64,000 bases of DNA from Patescibacteria group bacterium. Lineage in GTDB: Bacteria > Patescibacteriota > Patescibacteriia > Buchananbacterales > UBA6539. The stretch covers positions 5,335 through 69,334 of the forward strand of contig JBAZMQ010000003.1 in NCBI GenBank assembly GCA_041649675.1. Direction: 5' to 3'. Below are positions 6,639 to 15,074 of the stretch, one piece after another. The notes under the pieces are model-generated. The model had not been told where the DNA came from and did no database searches. It saw only the letters and a program-made list of their open reading frames with translations. Each line of letters opens with the position of its first letter. Position 1 is the first letter of the stretch. The translations under genes were made by a program, and so were the position numbers.

Positions 6639-8699
6639 ATGAATGTTTCCGAATTAGCCAGAAAATTAAAGACTACAAGCAAAGAGCTGCTAGAAATTTT
6701 ACCAGCAGTCGGTTTTGATATTGGCCGGCGCGCAATTAAAATTGATGATCGCCAGGCCCAAAAAATTGTTGAACGTTGGCCGCAACTTTTAGCCGAATAT
6801 AAATTTAAGTTTAAAACTGAAGAAGAAAAAGAAGCCGAAGAAACCGTAGTCAAAAAAGTTGAAGAGAAAAAATCAGTTTCTATTGGCTCAGTCATTCGGG
6901 TTAAAGATTTTGCCGAGAAATTAAAATTGCCTTTATCAAAAGTGATGGCAGAACTAATGAAAAATGGAGTGCTTTCTTCAATGAATGAGGAAATTGATTT
7001 TGATACGGCTGCGATTGTTGGTTTTCAATTGGGCTTTGAAATAATTTCTGATACGACAACTGTAGCAGAAAACGAAAAAACCACTTCGGAAAAATTGGAA
7101 AGTTTATTAGCCGAAGATGATAAAACTAAATTGAAAGAGCGCGCGCCAGTCGTTGTGGTGATGGGGCATGTTGATCATGGTAAAACTAAATTACTGGATG
7201 CAATTAGAAAAACGGATGTGGTCGCGGGCGAAAGCGGCGGCATTACTCAACACATCGGTGCCTACCAAGTGACAGTTCCGCTAAAGGCGGAATTGTCATC
7301 CCGACCAAAGGGAGGGATCCCTCGCGCGGCTCGGGATGATTTTGCCGCCGGCAAAATCACATTTATTGATACGCCCGGCCATGAGGCTTTTACGACTATG
7401 CGGTCGCGTGGCGCTCGAGTAGCTGATATTGCTATTTTGGTGATTGCGGCCGATGACAGTATTCAGCCTCAAACTAAAGAATCAATTAAAATTATTAATT
7501 CTGTCGGTTTGCCGATGATTGTGGCCATTAATAAAATTGATAAGCCTGATGCTAATATTGAAAAAGTTAAACAAGATTTAGCGGCTTTAAATCTAGTGCC
7601 GGAAGAATGGGGCGGCAAAACCATTTGCGTGCCAATTTCAGCTAAAGCCGGTACGGGTATTGATGATTTATTGGAAATGATTTTATTGGTGGCTGAAACC
7701 GAAAAAGAAAACATTATGGCTAATCCCGATAAATTGGCTGTTGGCACAATTATTGAATCAAGGATTAACCGGGATGAAGGTCCGGTGGCAACAGTTTTGG
7801 TTCAGGCTGGAACTTTGCACCTTGGTGATTTGGTAGAAATTTCGGGCAATTTTTATGGCAAAATTAGAGCTATGAAAAATTATCGGGGTCAAGACGTTTC
7901 TAAGGCTACACCATCAATGCCGGTTAAAATTTTGGGTTTAAAAGCGGCTGCTTCGGTTGGTGATATTTTACAAGTTTCTGACGATTTAGGTAAACGAAAA
8001 AAAATAAAGAAATATCAGCTTAATCAGCAAGCGGTAGATTATTCAAAACCGTTGGAAGTTAATAGCGAAACCAATGCTGAAATGGTTTCTTTAAATTTAA
8101 TTTTACGCGCTGACGTTTTGGGTTCGTTGGAAGCAATTATTGCTTCCTTAAATAAACTTAGTAATTCAGAAGTTTCAATTAACCTTATTGTTAAAGGTTT
8201 GGGCAATATTACCGAGGGTGATATTACACGTGCTGAAGCGAGTAATGCTCTAATTTTAGGCTTTCATGTCAAAGCTACGCAAGCAGCGGAAAATATTGCC
8301 AAAGAAAAAAAAGTAGAAATTAAAACTTACGAAGTTATTTATCATTTATTGGATGAAGTAAAATCCCGTTTGGAAAAGTTATTAGTACCTGAAGTTATAA
8401 AAACTGAATTAGGCCGTCTTAAGGTCTTGGCTATTTTCCGCAAGGAGTCTAATTCAATAATTGTTGGCGGTATGGTCACTAAGGGAGTAATTTTACTAAA
8501 TAGTAAAGCTGATGTTTTGCGCGATAAACGAAAGATTGCTACCGGCCATATTACTCAATTACAAGTGAATAAAGTTGCTGTCAATGAAATGCCTCAAGGC
8601 AAAGAAGGTGGTTTAAAATTTGAAGGTAAACCAGTAGTTTTGCCAGGCGATATTTTAGAAGTTTATCAGGAAGAAGTTAAAGCCAAAAAACTTAAATAA
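6639..8699 (+). CDS. infB: translation initiation factor IF-2
   Basis: G-domain motifs GHVDHGKT, DTPGH and NKIDK are present. The C-terminal domains are collinear with IF-2. The 686-aa length is typical of a short-form IF-2. Confidence 0.95.
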   Translation: MNVSELARKLKTTSKELLEILPAVGFDIGRRAIKIDDRQAQKIVERWPQLLAEYKFKFKTEEEKEAEETVVKKVEEKKSVSIGSVIRVKDFAEKLKLPLSKVMAELMKNGVLSSMNEEIDFDTAAIVGFQLGFEIISDTTTVAENEKTTSEKLESLLAEDDKTKLKERAPVVVVMGHVDHGKTKLLDAIRKTDVVAGESGGITQHIGAYQVTVPLKAELSSRPKGGIPRAARDDFAAGKITFIDTPGHEAFTTMRSRGARVADIAILVIAADDSIQPQTKESIKIINSVGLPMIVAINKIDKPDANIEKVKQDLAALNLVPEEWGGKTICVPISAKAGTGIDDLLEMILLVAETEKENIMANPDKLAVGTIIESRINRDEGPVATVLVQAGTLHLGDLVEISGNFYGKIRAMKNYRGQDVSKATPSMPVKILGLKAAASVGDILQVSDDLGKRKKIKKYQLNQQAVDYSKPLEVNSETNAEMVSLNLILRADVLGSLEAIIASLNKLSNSEVSINLIVKGLGNITEGDITRAEASNALILGFHVKATQAAENIAKEKKVEIKTYEVIYHLLDEVKSRLEKLLVPEVIKTELGRLKVLAIFRKESNSIIVGGMVTKGVILLNSKADVLRDKRKIATGHITQLQVNKVAVNEMPQGKEGGLKFEGKPVVLPGDILEVYQEEVKAKKLK
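7272..7352 (+). repeat. GC-rich palindromic insertion in-frame within the infB G domain
   Basis: About 20 extra residues (PLKAELSSRPKGGIPRAARDDFAA) sit between IGAYQV and ITFIDTPGH, where IF-2 proteins normally have 6-8. The DNA carries ccgctaaaggcgg and a tcatcccga...tcgggatga inverted repeat, both seen in intergenic elements in this window. Confidence 0.5.
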
Positions 8700-8790
8700 G
8701 AATTAAATAAGCAAGATAAGTTTTGGGCCAGATAAGCAAGATAAGTATTTTTTATCTTGCTTACTGCTTATCTTGCCTATCTTGCTTACT
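8700..8790. repeat. direct and inverted ataagcaag/cttgcttat repeats between infB and rbfA
   Basis: gataagcaagataag-tattttttatcttgcttactgcttatcttgcctatcttgcttact. Probably a terminator-like hairpin plus tandem copies. Confidence 0.5.
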
Positions 8791-9132
8791 ATGTCTCATC
8801 GTATATTTCAAGTTAATGAATTAATCAGGCAAGAGTTAAGTAAATTATTTTTAACCGAACTTGAATTTCCCAGTGACTGTTTAGTCACAATTCTTAAAGT
8901 TGAAACCTCAAAGGATTTACGCAACGCTAAAGTTTGGTTTTCAGTTTTGCCAGTAAAGTATACCAAAAAAGTTTCAAACAAATTAAACTCCAATTCCGGT
9001 CACTTACACTTTTTGCTAAAAAAGAAACTGTCCATGAACCCATTACCCCGTTTATTTTTTGCTTTTGATGATACCGAGGCCAAAGCGGCCGACATTGAGT
9101 CGCTGCTTGACCGGATCAGAAAAGAAGAGTAA
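8791..9132 (+). CDS. rbfA: ribosome-binding factor A
   Basis: ELIRQELSKLF...VTILKVETSKDLRNAKVWFSVLP fits RbfA. The start is placed at MSHR. The longer ORF begins at 8773. Confidence 0.8.
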   Translation: MSHRIFQVNELIRQELSKLFLTELEFPSDCLVTILKVETSKDLRNAKVWFSVLPVKYTKKVSNKLNSNSGHLHFLLKKKLSMNPLPRLFFAFDDTEAKAADIESLLDRIRKEE

Positions 9133-9277
9133 GCTGCTTGGTTATGCCCCGTAGCAGAATTTTGACTAGCGCCTACGGCGCTATTTCAATAGTGATCAAC
9201 TCGGGGCTGGCTGGTGCCTATTTGTAAAATTAAGGCATGACAAGTAAATAATTAAGTCAAAGTTTCACCATGGGGTT

Positions 9278-10246
9278 ATGGAAATTTCAGAAATCAGTCA
9301 AAAAATTTATCAACAAATTAAACAAGCTCAAAATATATTATTGATTGCTCATCCGCGGCCTGATGCCGACGCGTTAGGCAGTTTAGTAGCCCTTGGAAGC
9401 TGGTTGGATTTTTTAGGTAAAACTCATACTAAGTTTTGTCTTGATCAACCGGCTAACAGTTTGTCCTGGTTGACTAGCTATCAACCAATTATTACGGATC
9501 CAAATTATTTAATTAGCCAGCAGTATGATTTAATTGTAGTTTTGGATTCAGGTGATTTGAAATACGCCGGGGTTGATAAACTTTTACCCCAATTTTCTTT
9601 TTTGCCACCGATTATCAATATTGATCATCACGCGACCAATCGAAATTTTGGCAGCCTTAACTTAGTTGATACTAAAGCCACTTCAACTACGGAAATTATT
9701 TTTCAGTTTTTTAAAAATTTGAAAGTTAAAATTACGCCCAAGCTGGCTACCGCTTTGTTAGCCGGTATTCTTAACGATACATATAATTTTACCAACCCTA
9801 ATACGAGTTACAAATCTTTAGAAACGGCCTCTAGGCTTTTGCGAGCCGGGGCAATTTTGCCGCAAGTCAGCGATTCAATTTTGAAAAATAAAACCATTGA
9901 TACTTTGCAGATTTGGGGAAAAATTTTGGTTCGTTTGAATCGTAATACTAAATTGGGAATTGTTTCAACCGTTATTACTCAGCAGGATTTGAATGATGAT
10001 TCAATTGCTTCAGAAATTACCGAAGGTATAGCAAATTTTTTAAATAATTTAACCGGAGCCAAGGCAGTGTTAATTTTAGAACAGCAGCCCGACAATATGA
10101 TTAAAGGTAGTTTTAGAACGAATGACGATTTGATTGATGTCTCTAAATTAGCTAAAATACTAGGTGGTGGTGGTCACAAGAAAGCCGCTGGGTTTAAAAT
10201 TAGTGGCAAGCTAATAAATACAGAAAGCGGCTGGCAGGTTATATAA
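9278..10246 (+). CDS. nrnA: DHH/DHHA1 phosphoesterase (NrnA-like oligoribonuclease / pAp phosphatase)
   Basis: Motifs AHPRPDADALGS, IDHH and GGGGHKKAAGF. Confidence 0.8.
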   Translation: MEISEISQKIYQQIKQAQNILLIAHPRPDADALGSLVALGSWLDFLGKTHTKFCLDQPANSLSWLTSYQPIITDPNYLISQQYDLIVVLDSGDLKYAGVDKLLPQFSFLPPIINIDHHATNRNFGSLNLVDTKATSTTEIIFQFFKNLKVKITPKLATALLAGILNDTYNFTNPNTSYKSLETASRLLRAGAILPQVSDSILKNKTIDTLQIWGKILVRLNRNTKLGIVSTVITQQDLNDDSIASEITEGIANFLNNLTGAKAVLILEQQPDNMIKGSFRTNDDLIDVSKLAKILGGGGHKKAAGFKISGKLINTESGWQVI

Positions 10247-10280
10247 ATCGAATCAGGAATCGTGAATTATGAATTATGGT

Positions 10281-10316
10281 TTTATTTCCTTAATTCCTAA
10301 TTCCTAATTCCTAATT
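10281..10316. repeat. tandem heptamer repeat (cctaatt, about 4 copies) with an upstream inverted aggaat
   Basis: ccttaattcctaattcctaattcctaattct in the clpP upstream region. Confidence 0.6.
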
Positions 10317-10323
10317 CTAAAAT

Positions 10324-10899
10324 ATGTATCTCATCCCAACTGTCATTGAAAAATCTAATTATGGCGAGCGAGCTTATGATATTTATTCTCGCTTGCTTAA
10401 AGAAAGAATTATTTTTTTGGGTTCACCCATTGATGATGCGGTAGCCAACACCGTCATTGCCCAACTTTTGTTTTTAGACAGCGAAGACACCAAAAAGGAT
10501 ATCAAGCTTTATATTAACAGTCCGGGCGGATCAGTCACGGCTGGTTTGGCAATTTATGACACCATGCAATATGTCAAAGCCGACGTGATGACAATTTGTA
10601 TTGGTATGGCTGCTTCCATGGGCGCATTGATTCTGGCTTCCGGTGCCAAGGGTAAAAGAATTGCTTTGCCTAATGCCGAAATCATGCTGCATCAAGTCAT
10701 GGGCGGCGCCGAAGGCCAAGCCACAGATATTAAAATTAGGGCCGAACATATTTTGCGAATCAAAGAACGAATGAATCAGATTTTGGCTTCTCATACCGGT
10801 CAGTCAATTAAAAAAATTGAGCAGGACACTGACCGTGATTATTTTATGAATTCGGATGAAGCCAAAAAATATGGGATTGTTGATAAGATTATCAAGTAA
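10324..10899 (+). CDS. clpP: ATP-dependent Clp protease proteolytic subunit
   Basis: [16 protein letters not shown], catalytic Ser context GMAASMGA, and MLHQ. Length 191 aa. Confidence 0.95.
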   Translation: MYLIPTVIEKSNYGERAYDIYSRLLKERIIFLGSPIDDAVANTVIAQLLFLDSEDTKKDIKLYINSPGGSVTAGLAIYDTMQYVKADVMTICIGMAASMGALILASGAKGKRIALPNAEIMLHQVMGGAEGQATDIKIRAEHILRIKERMNQILASHTGQSIKKIEQDTDRDYFMNSDEAKKYGIVDKIIK

Positions 10900-10920
10900 T
10901 CCATAGTTTCTATATTAAAA

Positions 10921-10948
10921 ATAAAAACCGGAAAACATCCGGTTTTTG
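10921..10948. terminator. rho-independent terminator (aaaaaccgg-aaaacat-ccggttttt), likely bidirectional
   Basis: Perfect hairpin flanked by A-run and T-run, between convergent clpP and the CSD-like gene. Confidence 0.65.
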
Positions 10949-11027
10949 GATTTGGTAAAAATTATTGCTAATTTTTTAAAAATAAGAAAATCCCGCAAGG
11001 TTGTCGCCTTACGGGATAGGGATAATC

Positions 11028-11810
11028 CTAATGAAACCCATTTTTGCAGTAAAAGAGATAAACCGGCCGCGGGGAGTTATCTTCGTCAACATCCAGCCAT
11101 GCTCCATTTTTTCTAAACTGGAGGTAATGAGAGACAAAGATTTCAACCCTTACTGCAGCACTGGGCGGCGGGATGGTTCTGTCTCTTAGATTCTGCCACT
11201 TGTTTGTTTTAACAAATGAAAGAAGGCTTTCAAAATTGTTACCTTGCCAGAGCACCTCGTCTTTTCCGAGATTGCTTTTTGTCCCGGCCCTGGTGTTTCT
11301 GATTATGCGCCAGTAGGTCGCCTGATTAAGCTTTTCCACCGCTATTTCCAAATTTAATAACCTCGCCCACTTTGTCACTTGAGGCAGCTTGCCTACGTCA
11401 ATCGGCGGCCTGGTGGCCAAAATGACAATTTGGTCTGCCCGTCGGGGGGAAACGAAATCTTGGAAATAAGTCGGTTGGTTGCAGGCCAAGATTTCGAGAT
11501 TTTCATTTGCCCCACCGCATTCAATTCTACGGCAGCCAGAGACATGAAAAAAGTATTGCTGGCCTTCAGCCGACACAAACCCAAAGCCTTCGCCTTGTTT
11601 AAAACGACCATCTTTTCCCGTTGCAGCTTTAAAGCTGTTAACTACAGCAATTTGCCAATCGTTTTGTTCCAATACCTTGTCTACATTTGTCTCAGCCCCT
11701 GCCATTGTTATTGCCAATGCAGTCTCCATATCGATTTCCTTCATCAGGTTAAAGATCCATATATTTTTACAACCCAAATTAAAGTAAGGGTTGACTTGCC
11801 ACCCTATCAC
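11028..11810 (-). CDS. hypothetical protein with a cold-shock-domain-like N-terminal segment, GC-rich
   Basis: GKDGRFKQGEGFGFVSAEGQQYFFHVS resembles the CSD core (KGFGFI...DVFVHFS). The C-terminal ~150 aa are unassigned. The real start may be the internal MKEIDMETALAI. GC is well above background. Confidence 0.4.
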   Translation of the reverse strand: MIGWQVNPYFNLGCKNIWIFNLMKEIDMETALAITMAGAETNVDKVLEQNDWQIAVVNSFKAATGKDGRFKQGEGFGFVSAEGQQYFFHVSGCRRIECGGANENLEILACNQPTYFQDFVSPRRADQIVILATRPPIDVGKLPQVTKWARLLNLEIAVEKLNQATYWRIIRNTRAGTKSNLGKDEVLWQGNNFESLLSFVKTNKWQNLRDRTIPPPSAAVRVEIFVSHYLQFRKNGAWLDVDEDNSPRPVYLFYCKNGFH

Positions 11811-11868
11811 ATTTAATCATTTTTGTCAATGCAAAAACGTAAATTTTGGTGGTTTTAACTTTTAGCCC

Positions 11869-11896
11869 TTGACACCTTTTTTAGATCTGCTAAGAT
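11869..11896 (+). promoter_or_regulatory. sigma70-like promoter (TTGACA, 16 nt spacer, TAAGAT)
   Basis: Consensus hexamers. Drives the transcript that begins about 11903. Confidence 0.45.
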
Positions 11897-11902
11897 ACTT
11901 AC

Positions 11903-12067
11903 ATCATTAACAACTGAGAGGTTATCAAGAGTGCTACTTGCTAAGGGTACTGGCCCAAAAGTAGCCAGCAACTCGGTTTCCTATCTGGAAGCGACAGAGT
12001 GCTAAATCCAGCCCATTAGGGGAAGATAACAAGGATTTTAAAGACTCTTGCCCAAGAGTTTTTTTGA
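11903..12067 (+). ncRNA. candidate small structured RNA or 5' leader (about 165 nt) bounded by a promoter and a terminator
   Basis: GC-rich. Internal pairings gctactt/aagtagc and ccag/ctgg; agagtgcta occurs twice. Ends in the hairpin aagactcttg-ccc-aagagttttttt. A second hairpin (gatcgaaaaaagctaa...ttagctttttttgatc) follows before the next CDS. Confidence 0.3.
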
Positions 12068-12165
12068 TCGAAAAAAGCTAATCTTTTCCCCAAGAAGGTT
12101 AGCTTTTTTTGATCTTTGTATATAGAAGTATAGGTGGATAAAAAAACCAAAAAGGAGGGTCGGAC

Positions 12166-12669
12166 ATGGGCCTTGTTATACAATTTCAACGACGAGCGAT
12201 TGAGGCTTTATTGCCTCATGTAATTGAAAAACCGATTCCGTCCAATTTAGCACTGGGTGCAGTTAACTTTTCTATCAAGGGTGGATCTCGTTTATTTGCC
12301 TTGGGTGTAAGTCCGGGATATGGCACTTGTGCCTCAATCCATGACATGAATGTCTTGGTTCTGGGAGAACAAAGACCAAAGTCTACTCCTTGGCTTCCAG
12401 CCCAACAGCCGATTTGCCATTGTGCCTATGCCGTTTTGTTACGTGACCTAACTAAAGGTGAATATGTGGAATGGTGCAGGTCCAACCTTTATCATGTTCC
12501 CAATCTTTCACAGCGGGTGATTGAAGGATTGCCAACTTCTCAAGCTATTGAAAAGTACATTAGCCGTACGGTCTGCTGTGTTGAGTTACTCCAAGTCGCC
12601 CAAGTCGCCCAAGCGGCTATTACTTGGACAATAATTGGCCATAAGGCTTTTTACGTAGTCCTGTGTTAG
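12166..12669 (+). CDS. hypothetical protein (167 aa), GC-rich
   Basis: Strong RBS aaaaaggagggtcggac before ATG. No recognisable motif. Confidence 0.5.
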   Translation: MGLVIQFQRRAIEALLPHVIEKPIPSNLALGAVNFSIKGGSRLFALGVSPGYGTCASIHDMNVLVLGEQRPKSTPWLPAQQPICHCAYAVLLRDLTKGEYVEWCRSNLYHVPNLSQRVIEGLPTSQAIEKYISRTVCCVELLQVAQVAQAAITWTIIGHKAFYVVLC

Positions 12670-12676
12670 GCATTAA

Positions 12677-12712
12677 CGGGGGAGATTTAATTGAAGTCTC
12701 CCCTCTTTTTTA
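12677..12712 (+). terminator. rho-independent terminator (gggggagat...atctcccc plus T-run)
   Basis: Hairpin followed by tctttttta. Confidence 0.65.
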
Positions 12713-13048
12713 TTTAGAAATAAAGAATTATTTATAAATTGTCAGGCTTGCCAAAAATCAATAAATATGCTAGAGTCTAGAAAGATTCATTTAATTAACA
12801 GAAAAATAGAGAATTAAGTCTAAGAAATTATTCAGGATTAAGAATCAGGCCGAAAAATTGCTTAAATTCCATCATTCTAACTAATTTATTTCGAAAGTAT
12901 ATTATCTCTACAATTCGAAAAATTAGCTTCAAATAATTAAGCTGGCTTTGCTAAGCGCAGTTTGGTTATTCATCTTAAGCCTTTTTAGGCCATCTCAATT
13001 CAAAAAATAATTGCACTTGATTCTCTATCTTTAACCAGATAGAAATTT

Positions 13049-14575
13049 ATGCAAACAATTTATTGGGCAATCGCGCTTTTTTGTGGTGTCATTGGCGGGA
13101 TTGCTTTTGGTTATCAATTGAGAAAGATCTGGGCGGTAAAGCGCAAAGATACAATTGAGACCAAAGTTGAAAATTTAATCAATGAAGCCAAGGCCAAGCA
13201 AAAAGAAATTTTATTGGCCGCCAACGACAAAGCCTTAAAGATTATTGAAGACGCCAAAGTTGAAGAGCGCCAACGCCAACAGGATTTATTACGGGCGCAG
13301 AAGCGCTTGGAAAGCCGCGAATCACTTTTTGATCAAAAGTTATTGGAATTAGAAAATAAAAAACAGGAACTTTTGGAAAAAGCCGAACGGATTGATAAGA
13401 TCAAATCTGAGATTGGTAAAATTAAAGAAGAGCAAATGGCCAAGCTGGAAAAGATTGCCGGTTTGACCCAAGAAGAGGCCAAAAAGGTTTTATTAGACAA
13501 TACCGAACGCGATATTAAAGATGATTTAGTGGTTAGAATTAAAAAATTAACCAATCAAGCCAGCGAGGAATTGGACAAAAAGGCCAAAGAAATTTTGTCC
13601 TTGGCCATTCAACGCTGTGCGGTTTCCCATGCCACTGAAAGCACCACTACGACCATTGATTTGCCTTCTGACGAAATGAAGGGCCGCATCATCGGCCGTG
13701 AAGGCAGAAATATTAGAACGGTTGAGCGCTTAACCGGTGTAGAAATTATTGTTGATGATACGCCTCAAGCCATTACTATTTCGGGTTTTTCGCCGATTAG
13801 ACGGCAAGTGGCCAAGCGAGCATTGGAAAAATTGATTTTGGATGGCCGGATTCACCCGGTAAAAATTGAAGAAGCAATTAACAATGCCAAGAAAGAAATC
13901 GCTACCGAAATTAAAGAAGCCGGTGAAAATACTTTGTATGAATTGGGTATTACTGGTGTTGATCCAAAATTAGTTCAGATTTTAGGCCGCTTAAAATACC
14001 GTACCAGTTACGGCCAAAATATTTTGCAGCACTCAATTGAAATTGCTAATCTGGCAGCGTTATTAGCCGAAGATTTAGGTGCCGATGTGGCCATTGCCAA
14101 AAAAGGTGGATTATTCCATGATATTGGTAAAGCCGTTGACCATGAAGTTCAAGGCAGCCATCCGGAAATTGGTTATGACATTTTGAAAAAATTTGGCATG
14201 CCTGAAGAAATTGCTTATATTGCCCGGGGTCATCATGAAGATAGTCCAAAGACTTTGGAAGCAATTATTGTTAAAGTGGCTGATGCCATTTCCGGTGCTC
14301 GGCCAGGCGCTAGAAAAGATACTTATGAACAATACCTCCAACGGTTGGATGAATTGGAAAAAGTGGCCACCAGTTTTGCCGGTGTGGAAAAATCTTATGC
14401 CATTCAGGCCGGTCGGGAAATTCGCGTCTTTGTTATGCCCGAAGAAATTGATGATTTAGCGGCTTTGAAATTAGCCAAAGAAATTGCTAAAAAAATTGAA
14501 GCGGAATTACGCTATCCCGGTGAAATTAAAGTCACCGTTATTAGAGAAACTCGGATAATTGAATACGCCAGATAA
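13049..14575 (+). CDS. rny: ribonuclease Y
   Basis: N-terminal TM helix, coiled coil, KH domain (GRIIGREGRNIRTVERLTGVEIIVDD), HD domain (LFHDIGKA...H). Length 508 aa. Confidence 0.9.
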   Translation: MQTIYWAIALFCGVIGGIAFGYQLRKIWAVKRKDTIETKVENLINEAKAKQKEILLAANDKALKIIEDAKVEERQRQQDLLRAQKRLESRESLFDQKLLELENKKQELLEKAERIDKIKSEIGKIKEEQMAKLEKIAGLTQEEAKKVLLDNTERDIKDDLVVRIKKLTNQASEELDKKAKEILSLAIQRCAVSHATESTTTTIDLPSDEMKGRIIGREGRNIRTVERLTGVEIIVDDTPQAITISGFSPIRRQVAKRALEKLILDGRIHPVKIEEAINNAKKEIATEIKEAGENTLYELGITGVDPKLVQILGRLKYRTSYGQNILQHSIEIANLAALLAEDLGADVAIAKKGGLFHDIGKAVDHEVQGSHPEIGYDILKKFGMPEEIAYIARGHHEDSPKTLEAIIVKVADAISGARPGARKDTYEQYLQRLDELEKVATSFAGVEKSYAIQAGREIRVFVMPEEIDDLAALKLAKEIAKKIEAELRYPGEIKVTVIRETRIIEYAR

Positions 14576-14579
14576 TTAG

Positions 14580-14612
14580 TTGGTAGCTTTTTAGCTTCTT
14601 AGCTTTTTAGGT
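14580..14612. repeat. tandem tagctt(t/c)t repeats forming the left flank of four-helix-bundle cassette 1
   Basis: tagctttttagcttcttagctttttagg. Its reverse complement recurs at 15045-15070. Confidence 0.6.
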
Positions 14613-14684
14613 AATTGTTCGAACTGTAAAATTATAAGTTTAAATATTCAACATAGCGCGCTTTAATTTTAATTAAATTGCGTT

Positions 14685-15047
14685 ATGGTAAAAATATTCA
14701 CTTATAAAGATCTAATCGTTTGGCAAAAAGCCATGGATCTGGTCGTGGCTGTTTATCAGTTAACTAAAGATTTTCCGCATCAAGAGATTTATGGCTTAGT
14801 CTCTCAAATGAGACGGTGCGTAGTCTCAATTCCGTCCAATATTGCTGAAGGGCGTCGAAGGGGTAGCCGAAAAGATTATCGTCAATTTTTATTAATTGCT
14901 TATGCTTCAGGTTCGGAGTTAGAAACCCAGCTTGAAATTATTAAAAGATTAAATTTTTGTAACAATCAAGATTCTTTAAAAGCAGATCAATTGTTAGATG
15001 AAGTAATGCGAATGCTAAACAAAATTTTAAGTATTCTAAAAAGCTAA
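14685..15047 (+). CDS. four helix bundle protein (TIGR02436 family; formerly annotated as 23S rRNA intervening-sequence protein)
   Basis: DLIVWQKAMDLVVAVYQLTKDFP...IYGLVSQMRRCVVSIPSNIAEG is the family signature. Paralog at 37678-38040. Confidence 0.8.
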   Translation: MVKIFTYKDLIVWQKAMDLVVAVYQLTKDFPHQEIYGLVSQMRRCVVSIPSNIAEGRRRGSRKDYRQFLLIAYASGSELETQLEIIKRLNFCNNQDSLKADQLLDEVMRMLNKILSILKS

Positions 15048-15070
15048 TAAAGCTACAAGCTAAGAAGCTA
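15045..15070. repeat. right-flank repeat of cassette 1 (aagctacaagctaagaagcta), reverse complement of the left-flank array
   Basis: The reverse complement gtttagcttcttagcttgtagctt matches the left flank tagcttcttagct. Confidence 0.6.
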
Positions 15071-15074
15071 AACT

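Noticed and set aside
8773-8790. Longer N-terminus for RbfA (MPILLT)
   Set aside because: These codons lie within the ataagcaag repeat. The RbfA alignment begins naturally at MSHR (8791).
11379-11816. 145-aa plus-strand ORF antisense to the CSD-like gene
   Set aside because: It lies fully within the longer minus-strand ORF, which has a recognisable GFGFV/FFHVS motif. No RBS.
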